Assembly (NCBI GenBank): GCA_026025075.1
Contig: JAPEUI010000025.1
Location: 1-64,000, forward strand
Reading direction: 5' to 3'
Source of the DNA: Vezdaea acicularis
Lineage: Eukaryota
Length of the DNA stretch: 64,000 bases
Both the position numbers and the translations under genes were made by a program. The first letter of the stretch is position 1. Every line of letters starts with the position of its first letter. Under the pieces are notes generated by a model that saw only the letters and a program-made list of their open reading frames with translations, ran no database searches and was not told the DNA's origin. This document shows, piece by piece, positions 48,461 through 60,987 of this stretch.

Positions 48461-51400
48461 GATTTGCAACTTCAATCGTTTGCTTCCAGGAGGATTTTGT
48501 CATGGCCCATGACATCATGATGAAACCACTTCCTTACGCTCTCATGACGTTGGACGTGTCGCCACAGGAGGAATGCAGGAATTCCCCGCGAAGTTTGTAA
48601 GGAGATGAAAATGCATCGAAATAATTGTAGGAGAATGAGAGCTTGTGTATTCTTGGATACACAAGCAGACCGACGAGTTCAAAGCCTATGACATAGAGAT
48701 TGGTTTTGGAAATGCAAATTGCGACTGGTCTGTCAAGGAGATGAGATCATGCTGAACAACGCTTGAGCTTTGTAATGTTCGAATTTTTGATCTTTCCAGC
48801 CCGGAAAGGATGATGCTGTTGATGTCGCAACGTCCCATGCCAGCCCTGTAGCATCCAGCCTTGCGGGCCTATTCGACTGTCCTCAATCAAGCGGACTGAG
48901 GATCTACAACATAGACCATGCGGACTATCACTTCTTGTCCCTCGAAATAGAATCTATTCATATTCCGTCGGCTTCACCGAACGGGCGATAAAAGCTACGA
49001 GAAAAGGAGATCGTATGGCGCAGCAAAAGGCAGCCCTTGAGCGAATGATGCACCACGACAGATCCCAAGGCGTCGCCTCAGCCCTGGCAATCTACGCTAC
49101 GGGGTCGACGTTGCTTTTTCCCTCCGCAAGCCTGACGCCATTGCTATTCTCGAGCTTCCCTGCGACGCCCGCATGGGTCAAGCTCGATCGTGAGGGCAGA
49201 GCAGACCCTGTTCACGGCCAATGACGCAGGTCGCCTGGACAGAGATGGCGACCACGTGCACTGCCGTGGCCCTTCGGTTTGGCGTCACCGCGAAAGACGT
49301 TGGTGGCTTGCAGGGAGGGCCGGCGATCGAGGAAGGTGCCGTGCTCTTAGCGAGACCCTCCGACGATCAGGGTCTGCTCGTCGAGGCCACTCCGGTTTTG
49401 AAGGGCGATGCGGGGCAAGGATGCCCTACGACGTCAGCATGAAGGGCAGATGGGAAAGGCGATAGGCCGATAAGAATGGTCAAGTCAGCGACAGCCATCC
49501 TGTCTTCCGACTCCCTTCCGATTTTTTTACGTCGTCGCCCAATAGCCCTGACCTTCTTACGTCGGAAAACGGCTTCCTTGAATATATCGTTTTGGCCGTG
49601 AGGAGAAAAGTCCTCGCCTTGGCCAGTGAACTTTGCCATTGATTGATTGCCTCTTCTGCCCCAAAGAGAAGAGCTAGTCAAATGGGCCGTTGCACGGCGT
49701 GGACATAGTTCTACGCCGCAGCGTTGCCTATAGCACGTACGAATACACCATCCCCAAGACGAGAGGTGCCCCAATAGAACGACCGATTGACGGGTCCTCT
49801 CCACGGAACGTCGCCCGCACGATTGCGGCGGGCAGACTCCGACGCGGCTGGGGGGGAAAGGGGGGGTACAGCGACTAAGCCGTAATGGGTCACGGCAATT
49901 GATCGAGGGCCGCCCCCGATTCGGCTGGCGCCCAGCCATCTTCGCCTGAATGGGGCGAAGCCAGGGATGGTGCGGGGGGGATAAGAGGACAGCGGGCAGG
50001 CGTCGGCCCCCCCACCCTTGATGTGTCCTGTCGTTCGGCTTGCCGGCACCAATCGGGAGCCGTCCGGCCTCTTCGGGACAAAAGGCACTTGACTGGGCCG
50101 TATGCTTCCTCCGCTCTGCGTGATGGAGGGTGCCGTGGCAAAATCAACTTCACGGACGTATGCCGACGGTGATGGGGCTGCTCTCGCCAGCGAAAGTTTT
50201 CTGGTCCGATACGAGGTCCCTTAGACATGGGGAAAGGTCGATCGGGCTATTCTTGGCCCCGCGCTGCCCGTCAAAATCTACATCGCCTTTGGTAGAGACA
50301 CTTCTAGGTGCAGCCACGACGGAGATAGAGTTCGGGATCAGAGCCGAAACGAAACGCAGAGTGCCTTGCCGGTGGTTGACGGTGGGAATGATTCAGATGC
50401 CGGCCCCGGTGGCGTACCTGTAGATGAACGAAGCGAGCCGGATCACCTGACGATCGGGACGGTCTCCCGTTGTTGACACATTCGTCACCGCGCGCATCGC
50501 GCGCTTCGCGCACCCGATTCCACCAAAATTCAAATGACAGTGAAGAAAAGAGTCCTGCGAATCTCCCCTTCCAACTTGCAAATCAGTTGTTGTATGAATG
50601 AAGTTTTGACTCTATCCCGATCCGTAGCGCAACACGCACGCCCGTAAGATTATCTCCACGCAGGGGTGAGGGCGCAGGACCGCTTTCGGGTGAGCAGCGG
50701 CCAGCAGCTCGTCGTCAGTGGCGCGCGGCAAGCGCAGCCATTGGCTGCCGGACGGCACCACCCCCTGCCCGCCCTCACCCCTTCTCCCGCCCTCCTTCCA
50801 GAAGAGATGACGGAGGAAGGGTCGCTGCAGCCCGACGAGAGGACCTTTCCCCGACCAGCGTTGCCATCGCGCCACCCGGAGAGTGATACGATATTGTCAA
50901 CATGTGAGTATTCGGTATCTTGCGACCGCATGCTGAACAACTCGAGCGACGCTGCGGATGGATCGAGGTTCCGTCCCTCGCCGTCTGAATCATCGTTTAA
51001 CCAGCGCTGGCCAAAGCTCGACAAAGACGTGTCACCCCCGATGCACGGATCTGAAGAAGCTTTGTCCACCTCCATCCCAAGCGAAAGCTGATGCGAGCTG
51101 AGCTCTGTACGGCCGAGTCCTCGAGCTTCCTTCCCGTCAGCATGGACCCTCGAGTTGATACATCGCAAAGACAGTACCCCAACAGACGCTTGTCCTTGTC
51201 CTTGAGCTTGTCGTCGTGGATGACCAAACATGATGACTCTGGTGCATGGACTGGTCTGATGTGAGATCTTTAATGAATGACTTCTCTTGGCGACCTCATC
51301 TTCCTTCGTCGTCGCCTCTCCCGTGGACTCCACGCTGCCCGTCTGACCCCCCTCCCTCCTGGTGAGGCTAGAGGGTCGAGTGTTTGAGATGTGGCCTAGG

Positions 51401-53327
51401 CAGGCAAGCTCGATGCAGCTAGAAAAGATCCCTTTTTCGCCATCCGCGCCATCGCGAAGGGGGAGATGATTGACCTCGGGGCTCCGTGAGATATGCCCGG
51501 CGCTTTCGAGGGGATGAGACCGTCTTCGTGACTAGATCCTGTGGCGTGACTGAGTCGAGGCAAGGCGGACACGGTGCTCGACGATACCGTGCTATAGCTG
51601 ATGGTTCGTGCGGACTTGGAAATTGAGGCGGATCGGTTCCTCGAGTGTTCTCTGCTTCGGCGGGAGCCCTGCCTGGCGTGTGGCTTGGAGAATGGCTTCA
51701 GATAGCGCAGATCATGTCGCGGAGGGCGCTGGGCAGGGGACGGCTGGCGTGTGCAGGGCGAGCGCCTCGCAGCCTTTTGGTGGTTGCACGAGGCATCGAG
51801 GGAGCACCCACTGAGATCGTTCGGAGTATCGCTACCGGCGCGGTCCTGGACTCGATGACGGAGGAAGGTGAAGACGGTCTGGCGTGGTACAGAATCAGTG
51901 CTTCTCCTTCTCCCTCTCCTTCTCCTGCTGCTCAGGAATTGAACCATCCCCCGTCCGTCAAAGGCAAAGAAAGGAGTCGATGCACGTCCCTCGCATCGCT
52001 CATTGCGGCGGGATGTAACCAATTTCCCCCAGTATTGGCGTACCTGACCGTCGGGCTCCTCCTCCTTCATTGTCTTCCCCATTCAGCGTCTGAATGAGGA
52101 GCTGGTCTTGGCCGCTTTGACGTGATAGGGACCGCCAGTGAGATGGTGAAAGTAGTTGAAATCTCGGCGCTGCAGGGGGGGCCGAGGTCGTCGCTCCTTA
52201 CCCATTGCCATGATCAAGTCCCGATTCTCTCTCGGACGGGCGCCGTCGTCGAAAGCAGCGGCCAAGAGGAGGCCCTGCAGCAAAGCGACATCCGGTCACA
52301 CATCCGCCTCATACGCAGCCTTCGCGGCGCGCTGGGAACGTCTCCAATGAAGGTTCACGGAGTACCGACGGGAGCAGAGAGGAATGACGGCGATGATGGA
52401 GGTGGAGGCCGGGGGGGGGAACTGGGAGGGCTCGGGGTTGCACGCCGGACGCGGACGAGGGCGGGGACCCTGCGTACGGCAAGTGAGAGCACGACGAAGG
52501 GTCGAGCGGGGGCCCCCTGCGACTGGCGTGCAGCAGCTGCTGGCAGCGAAGCGACGGGCTCGCCTACCGCAGCAGCAGAGGGGGGAGCAGGCCGCTCGCT
52601 CCCCTGCCCATGCGCTCCCCTCCCTCAGATCGCGGGCTGGCGCCATGCTCGAGCAAGCCACCCACACGTTGGCCCTCCTAAGGGGACCCCCCCCCCGGGC
52701 GCCAGAGCGTCATTGTCTGCATTCCATGCCGTTCACTCGCCAGGCCGACGGCTGCCCGCCCGCGACCGCCCTCCACACCGAAACTTCTCCATTCTTTTAT
52801 GTAGACCCCAATCCCACCTGCTCCGTCTGCTCTCCAAACCTCTGATTTCTTATGATCGCCCGTTTGATCTACCTGCCCGACATATCACTATTTCTCCATC
52901 TCAATTCGAAGCACAGTCTCGAGTAGACGCACACTGAAACATCCTCTCCCGGAGCAGATACAGTCCCAAGCGACCCGTCGATCTCCCGCCTCTTCTCTTT
53001 TTTTTGTCGTGGCGAGACTTGTTCAACTCGACCGTTGGCAAGCTTCTTTCCCTCCATTGAAAGACACGTCCGGTGTCGACTTTCTCAAACACTACTCTCT
53101 CCCGAGACTCGCGTTTGTCTGTGCCCGACCGTGGTACTCCATCTCCACACGTATCATCCTGCTACGCCGACAGAGCTTGTGTTTCGCGTCGACCGTGGAA
53201 CGCTATCGTCCGAATCGCACGCCACGGTAACACCATCACGACTATAAGAAAGCTCTCGACGACGCCAAAGTTGGACTCTATCACGCTCAATCGCCATCTT
53301 CACTCTTAACTATCAGCATTTCTAAAT

Positions 53328-54518
53328 ATGATGGCGGTAGATAGCCAGCGGAGCCACCTCGGCTTCTCAGGACTCAATCCGATGACGCAGTACTCCAACG
53401 GCCCTCACTTTACAGATCCTTTCGCAGGCTCGGCGTCGAGCAACCCCTCCTCGCACATGTTCTCACACTCCGCAATGGGCCCAAGCAGCGAAGCCGTTGC
53501 AAAGCAACAAGCAGCGCGGGGCAACAATGTCTCGATGCCTTACGCTTCGGTCCCAATCACTGCGCCTTCGTTATCCGCCGGCACCAGCTTGCCACCAATG
53601 ATGTACGGCCAGCAACAGGACATGCTTGCCTCGCAAGAGCTCCTGAACCCGCGCTCAAGTTACGAGCAGAGCTTCACAACCGCTCCACCGTCTGCAAGTC
53701 ACGCATTCGCACCGACAGCAGGCCCATACGGCTCGATGGGATATACCACCACACAATCGAGCGGTGCTTATACCTTCCCACCACAACAAGCAGATGCACA
53801 GGATCAGCGCCGGTTAAGTCAGCCGTCGATGGCCAACAGCGGCTTTGTCGATTCTTCACTAGACCACTCTCGCCAACGCCAAGCCTCCCTCATCGACTTC
53901 AGCGGCCGCCTCCCACAACAATCGCGAGAAGCATTCGGCGACGCTCTTGATGCAGGACGCGGGATGGTCGCCATGTCCCAAGACGCCACGCCGCGAAACA
54001 TTTACGGCCGCGGCCGCGAGAGCAACGATTACGGCTTCCCCTCCACACACTCGCCTCACTCGTCGATATCGTCGAGTAGCTACAACTACCTCGACTCGAC
54101 CAACTCGTCCGTGACCGACTACAGCTCTGCCGCCGAGTCGCTCGACCTGCCCTCGCGTACACTCCCGCGACCGAGCGGCTTATTGCAAGGGAGCATGCCC
54201 CCGGCGCCACAAAGCATGATGGGCCAATTCAGCAGCAAAGTATCGAGCAACACACAGAAGAAGCATAAGTGCAAGATCTGCGATAAGCGCTTCACGCGCC
54301 CCAGCAGTCTGCAGACGCACATGTATAGCCACACAGGCGAGAAACGTAAGCCTCTCCATCTCATTCAAGCAAGCATGAACCAAAAACTAACGATTCCTCC
54401 AGCCTTTTCATGCGAATATGACGGTTGCGGCCGCCACTTCTCCGTCGTGTCGAACTTGCGCCGCCATCGCAAGGTGCACAAGGGCGAAGGCGACCACCCC
54501 TCGCCTGACGATTGCTAG
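53328..54518 (+). CDS. flbC: C2H2 zinc-finger developmental transcription factor FlbC/FLE1
   Basis: FTDP, [71 protein letters not shown].C...[14 protein letters not shown]. In-frame intron 54346-54402. Confidence 0.88.
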   Translation: [396 protein letters not shown]

Positions 54519-57359
54519 ATTGGAGTCATCACCAACCATCCACTGCTTTTACAACTTGAGCGTTCTGTTATATTTCATTCCGCCGCTTATCTCTTTTGTT
54601 TTGGGGTGCGCTTGATGCGTTGTACGACGAAGATGACCGGTTTTTCATCCACATAAGATCGATAAAAGGGGGATCGTTCGCTTAGAGAACGCTTGTCATA
54701 CTAAGCGTTTTACATGTTACTGCCACTTGCTCACTCCCGCAGCTACGCTCATTGGGCGGAAGACGATGATTTGATACCCTTGCTTGTTTTATTTGCGGGT
54801 GTGACTGGAGCTAAGAGCTAGAGGGGAGAAAAAGAGAGATGGAGGGAAGTGGAGATATGGATTGGATGGAGGATTCCTCACGATCGCTAACATCGTCACC
54901 TCCGCCACGCGCAGAGGAAGACGAAGGAGGTGGTTGTTGTTGTTTTTTCTATCGTGCTACATGGCGTCTCAGGGATTCATTGTCATGTTCTTTTTTTTGT
55001 CTTGTGTTTTTTTTCGGAGCACGTTTGGCTCCTGTTGCTCTTTACATGGAGCGAGAGCGCGGTCCTTGTCCCTGCCCACTGGTAGGAGACTGAGCGGACA
55101 TGAATGTACTATAGCTATAGAAAAATTTTATCTTATGCCTGGCATCATCTTTTTGATCCATTCACCATTTGTTCTGCCACTATGCAATGAGGCCGTGATG
55201 CTCTCTCCAAGCTCCTTCAAGCTCCCCCAAGCCTGTCTAAGCTCCAACCCATCTTTCCCCTCAAAACTCCTCCCATCTTTCCTTTCCTCGGAGCCCCAAC
55301 CCCACAACCCTCCTCTCCAACAACAATCACCACCACCACCACCACCACCACTACCCAGGCCAAGTCAGCCCCACCGCACATCCCAGCGTTATCAACACCC
55401 AAAGATAGCAAAAAAAACCCCCCGCAGACCCTGAAACCCTCACACCCTCCTACGCCCTCCAAAAGCTTGCAGGTCGATCCGAACGCCCCATCTTTAGCCC
55501 TTTTCCTCTGCCCGAACCCTTGCCCTACGTTCCTCCGTCTCTCCCTCCCGGCTATCCCGAACGCAAGCAAAGAAACATCCCGATAGGTGGTACTTCTGCA
55601 AGCCTCACGCAAGGGAGAGAGAGGATGTTGTGGATGGTGTTGGGGGGGGGGGGTATGACATCATATACGTTTCACCCTCAGCCTCCCTCGCCTCCGCCCT
55701 TGAGTCTGTTCGATGAGAGAGCTGGCGGGGGGAGAGAGAAGGACGGACGAGGCTAGCGATGCCCACGCAGCGGGACGGGGAGGTGTGTATCGGCTGGGAT
55801 GTCGTTCGACTGTGGTGGTAAGCGGGCGGGAAGCGAGTGGTGGTTGGTTGGTGGATGCATACTGCGGTGGAGATAAATGACTGGTGGATATGGTAGTCAA
55901 GCGAAGCGAGGCGCTGGCGCTGCGGGGTGATGTCATTGTTCGGGAGGAAGGCGGTTTGCTGGCTCGGTTGTCGGGTTGTGTGTTGTGGATGTGTATCTAT
56001 GGATAGGATATGGATGGGTTTATGGATAGAGAAAATTGATGATGCACGGAATTGGTAGCAGCGGAAGGGAACAGGAGGGGGCCATGAAGAAAGAGGCAGT
56101 GCAGTGTAGCCAGACACCTGAGAAAGCTGAAGAGAGAGAGAGAGAGAGAGCAGAGCACAAGATAGTATACTCGCTCACGGCGCGCAATACACGACGAGCA
56201 GAAGTAGCACCACCATGCACACACCTGAATCTATCCAACCCCATCCCCATACCCCCGAACAGACCAACACGACCAACCAACCATTCATCCATGCAAAGCT
56301 CTGACATATCTCACGTACTAACGTTTCAGTCTATCTCCGAACTCCGGGGTATACAATAGAGATGGAGTAGACCAGCAAAACAAAAAACGTGGCTGCCGCG
56401 TCCCCCCCTCTTTAACTCAGATGTGGCGCTTTCGCTTCGAGTGTGGCATTTGACAACGCAGAGGGGGTGAGATATTATGGGAGGCTTTGCAGATATGCTG
56501 AGGGGTGTGGGGAGATGCTATTGTTAGGGTTGATGGACAGCTGATTGGACGGTTCGTTATCTATGGAGGTAAGACAGTAAAGGAGAGGGTATGTGTTGGG
56601 TGGGTGTACAGGTACGAGGGGAGGGTAGGGAAGAGGTATGATATGCGTTTATGGGGGGATTGTTTGGGCATGGTGTGTGTCTCTTTAAAGGGGGGGTTGG
56701 TAGAGGTTGTGGTACAGATGAAGTTGTGAGGGAGGTAGTAGGGGAGAGATTAATGTAACACTTGCTTTGGTCGGGCGAAGAAGAGGAGGGGAGCGGCAAA
56801 GGCGTCAAAGAACGCAGCACCAAAGCAGCTTTCTTCGAAACGCCCAAAGCTTTCACACAGCCATGGCTGGGTCAAGAGAGAGAGAGAATTATATTGTCAT
56901 TTGAGATCGTGAATGCTCGTCAGAGCGCATTCCCCCCTATTAACGACCGAGTAACCAAGTCAACCCATCACTAGAAACCGTAGTGTCCATGCATATACCT
57001 ACCACCCAAAGACTTCCAACGCTTGCTAATGCTTCCCAAATAAAAATGACCGTGACAGCGTAGCTGTGTCCCAATATCCCTTATCCCTGCAATCCCAACT
57101 CTTTATGCCAAATTTCCCCTTTTCGCGCTTGCGATGCCTATTTTATCCAAACCTAGTGAAGTAATCATATAATCGTCGTGAAATAAAAATCCATGTCAAG
57201 AAAAAGGATAGGGAAAAGCAATCAGGGTACTTTCGACAAACATCCTATCTTCCATCCACAGCGTACGAAAAGGCGCCTCCGTCTAACCCAGGTGGATCAT
57301 TCTAGGGAACATCCACTGCCTCTCCGGCATGTGTGGAGATTATCCAAGTGTTGGCGCGC

Positions 57360-60336
57360 CTAGCTTTCTGTTGACCCGGAAGGTCCAGCGGAACTGCTTT
57401 CGGGGCTAAACTGTATACGCTCGGGATCGTCCCCAGTGATGATAAGCATATATCGAAAGTCAGGTTGTATCTCTACAGCTTCTTTCAACATGTCTCTCTC
57501 GGCAGCCTCTAGCCCCGCCCAGAGACAGTCTGTAACGTAGCAATTCACGTGAGCTCTTTTAGCTGGAAGGCATTCTCTAGAGACCTCGACACGCGTTGCT
57601 AAGAGAGCCAACATCTCGTTGTTTCCAGCGTACACTATCATGTTTGGTATTATGTCTTGCGGGGTTGGGGTCCCCCGTGACGAAGGATTTTTCGAATATT
57701 CGATAACGAGTTGGCCCTGTGAGACCATATCCATCAACGGAACCTCTACGAAATTGGGGCCACTGCCAAGAAATTCTTCCGACAGCTTATGATGACCACT
57801 CGAGACTCCTTGACGATGTAGTTGACAGGGTAGTAGCAAAGAGCACAAGTCCCGGGCAACAGCGTAGTCCCTCCCTATCCCACGGATAAGTTCATAGATT
57901 CCTAGCTGCAATCGAGACAAGCCGTTTATGCGGAAGTTCAGGCAACATGTTCTTGGGTCATCCTCCCAACATGGCTCAAAGTCCCAGCGCAGACTGTCTT
58001 GATGCGGAACGGAAGGCTGATGGGATTGTATCCGAATGGACTGAGACTCCGTCAAAACCTTAGAGTGGTATATCCTTACTCCAGAACCTATACCATCCTT
58101 TACGAAGGATTCATACACTGGGAAATCAATGAGCTGGCCTACTTGGACGTGATAGTGCAATAATGAACTCGATTGTAGGGAGGGTTTTAGCAAGACTTCA
58201 GAGATTGCAACCATCCCATTATTTTGGACACCAAAGTTCGATCGAGTGAAGGGGTAGTCATAGCCGAGTATGGCCTGTCATTCATCAGTGAAGTAAGTGC
58301 CGAGGTCTTGTTAGCAGTGACGTTACTTACTTGCGTTATGAGAGTTCCGATCCTTTCTCTACGATTACTCCATGAGACGCGCTGGTAACGCGCATCGTGC
58401 AGGTTGTCACTGAAATCGGCGTCTATATGTTTTGCCGCCGCAGCCACAAGGCTTGCCATTGAAAATATTCTAGGCGCCCAGCGGAACCACTTGTTTTCTC
58501 CGATGTTGACTTCACTAATACTGATGACAGGAGTGTGTATGTACACAAAGTCCGAGTCGCGCCAGTCTGCGGTCTCGCCTTCTCGGTGTATGAACAGGTC
58601 CAAAAAGGAAAGGATCCATGCAAATACTGGAATTTGAATGATTGTCAATAGATCAACGCAGTCGAATTGCTCAACTCCAAGTTCCTGTAGCTACGAAAGA
58701 TTATTATCAATATTGAAGAAGCTTTCCCACAATGGAATTGCCATCTAATGACAAACGGAATGAATCCTGCCATGTGTGAGTATATGCCCTCTCATTCAGG
58801 AAGGCATATCATCGGTCTTCGAAGAACCGTTGAGAGGTGCTAAAGATCTTCGCAGACAAAACTGAAAGTCTTAGAAGTGCCGATTGCTATAGCATCGCAA
58901 TTCACCATTTAAGGGCCACATCCAATAATTTATAGAGCTATGTCCTGGGGAGACCGTTCACACATTCATTCCTCTCTAATAAAGGACACCAAGAAGATAT
59001 ATTGCAGGAAGATAGATCCCATTCTTCTTGCGTATAGCTGGGACTGACTTACCGGGGGCTTTCTCAGCAGCTTTACCAAGTGATGCCGGAGACTAGATTC
59101 CAGCCTTTTGGCGGACAAAACGCCTCCCTCAGGAATGTACTTCGAAAATTGAGTGCACATGAAGATTGCCGTCTTGAATTGCCTTGGTAATTCATCGGGG
59201 AGGCTGTAGTCCAGGCTCTCAAGCTCTTCGGTGGGAATAAAAGGCCCCTCAGGAAGCTGGGCCGCTCTCGCGAGTCCAACTTGACTGCGGAAAAACTTAC
59301 TACTCCAATCGTATGTGGATATGAATGCCTCGTGTAAAAACTCTGCTTTCAGCTTGGGCATGTGAGGGCATATGTCAGCGAATGCTAAAGCGGGGAAGGC
59401 TCGATAATTCGTGATACGTGGTTGAGAAATGACGGGCGAGGATGTGAGTCGAAAGTCTGAAGCCCCTATATCAGTTTTCCAAAGGGCTGATAGAACTAGC
59501 ATCACCTTGCCAATAGATCCAACACCATGTTGAAACCCAACACCTTGTTCTTCATTGGTAGGACCAGCATTAATCGCATGTTTTGAAGCTTCAACCTCAA
59601 ACCCTAACTCGCCAAGAACCACGCAAAGTGACCAGACTTTGAGACTTCTAGTTCTATAGACCGGCTCTTTCCGTTTATCCGGTCGGGTCAGAATCCACGC
59701 AAGCACCCCTGTTATGTGTGCCCTATCTGTCTGAGACGATGAGAGAAGGTCCCCCAGGCTCGCTCCTGTGACCCGAGGGAGTTGATATTCAACTGAATAG
59801 AGAAGACGTCCACGGACTTGATCCACATATTCCTCACCAAAAATTGTTTCAATGTAGTCTTTCAGTACCCTCAGGATAGGGCCTTCAAAGAACGTTTGCG
59901 GATCTTCATAGTGCTCGTAGTGTAACAGGTAGTTTGGTAGAAGCTCTTTAAGAACAGTATGTGTCTGTTCAATGTCGAGGAAGCATGATAGACTGACAGT
60001 GAGAGCCCGCAGGCAGTCAGGGCCCGGCTTCTCTGAGGTAGCCGTTGAGGCGAAGGGAAGAGATATTCTGACAAGCTTCCGCTCTGGGTTCACGGCGGCA
60101 CCGTAGACGCCCCCTTGCGTATGTCGAATATTGTGGTAGCGTTGCTGGCTGAATGTTGACGAAGGAGCTAATGATGCTTTATGTAGCTCGAGGGCCTGCG
60201 TTAACGTCAACGTACGTTCTCGACTCTTGTACCAGCCATAAGCTCCAACGGCTAGTTGTAATGCGCCATCAATGCTGATTAAAGGAATCGCAATCTGCGT
60301 AAGGGGTCCAGCATTCACGTTAAATGCTAACTCCAT
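57360..60336 (-). CDS. Hypothetical protein (~850 aa if spliced as modelled), no recognised domain
   Basis: Three collinear ORFs joined in frame by phase-0 introns 59052-58691 (362 nt) and 58330-58275 (56 nt), both with GTAAGT donors. The middle part could instead be degenerate. Confidence 0.6.
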
Positions 60337-60987
60337 GATCAGGCCTTGCACCCATGAGAGGAACGAGTGAACTGAATCGCATTAGAGATAACAAGTATTC
60401 TTGAGAGGCGGGCTTCTGAAGTCTGAAGGATGTAGCCATTTCTTCCTTGATCTTCAGGATACCACTGATGGCCGCAACAAATCAGGCTGGCATAAAACAC
60501 TGAGCAGGGGATTGATTATGCGAGAGGCGGGATTCAACGTGCATCGCTGCACAACTCTTGCAGCGAATGAGCGCTCACCGCTTGCCGCCATCCATTGCGG
60601 CGGGATAAATGTGCATGACTTGTTTACAAACGTTTTCAACACTGGTTCAGATGCGCAAACAAACTAGCAGAGGCAAAATAACTGTGGAGCTCTCCTGTCT
60701 TGCTGACTGGCTTCAAACCGCTTGACCCTTGAAAAGGCGGCATGACACTACGAAAAGAAAAACTCGACTTCTGGTCCTGACAACACCATAAAAGGCAACC
60801 TACGACGAGTTTTTGACATTTGCAGATTCCGAGGAGTACTTACTTACCTCGATCTATGAATAAGTAGTTACCCTAAGAATTTAGCAGAGGCCTTGGCGAC
60901 GCTGGAATGTTGACTAATGGATGGTGTGACGAGCACCAATTTGCATGCTCTATGTATGTGATCATCATCCACTTCAACTACCATTTA

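Noticed and set aside
48782..48810. Sm-site-like AATTTTTG followed by a small hairpin
   Set aside because: No U1, U2, U4 or U5 hallmark sequence upstream; likely chance.
58187..58214. Overlap of two ORFs suggesting a frameshift
   Set aside because: Explained by the 56-nt intron 58330-58275.
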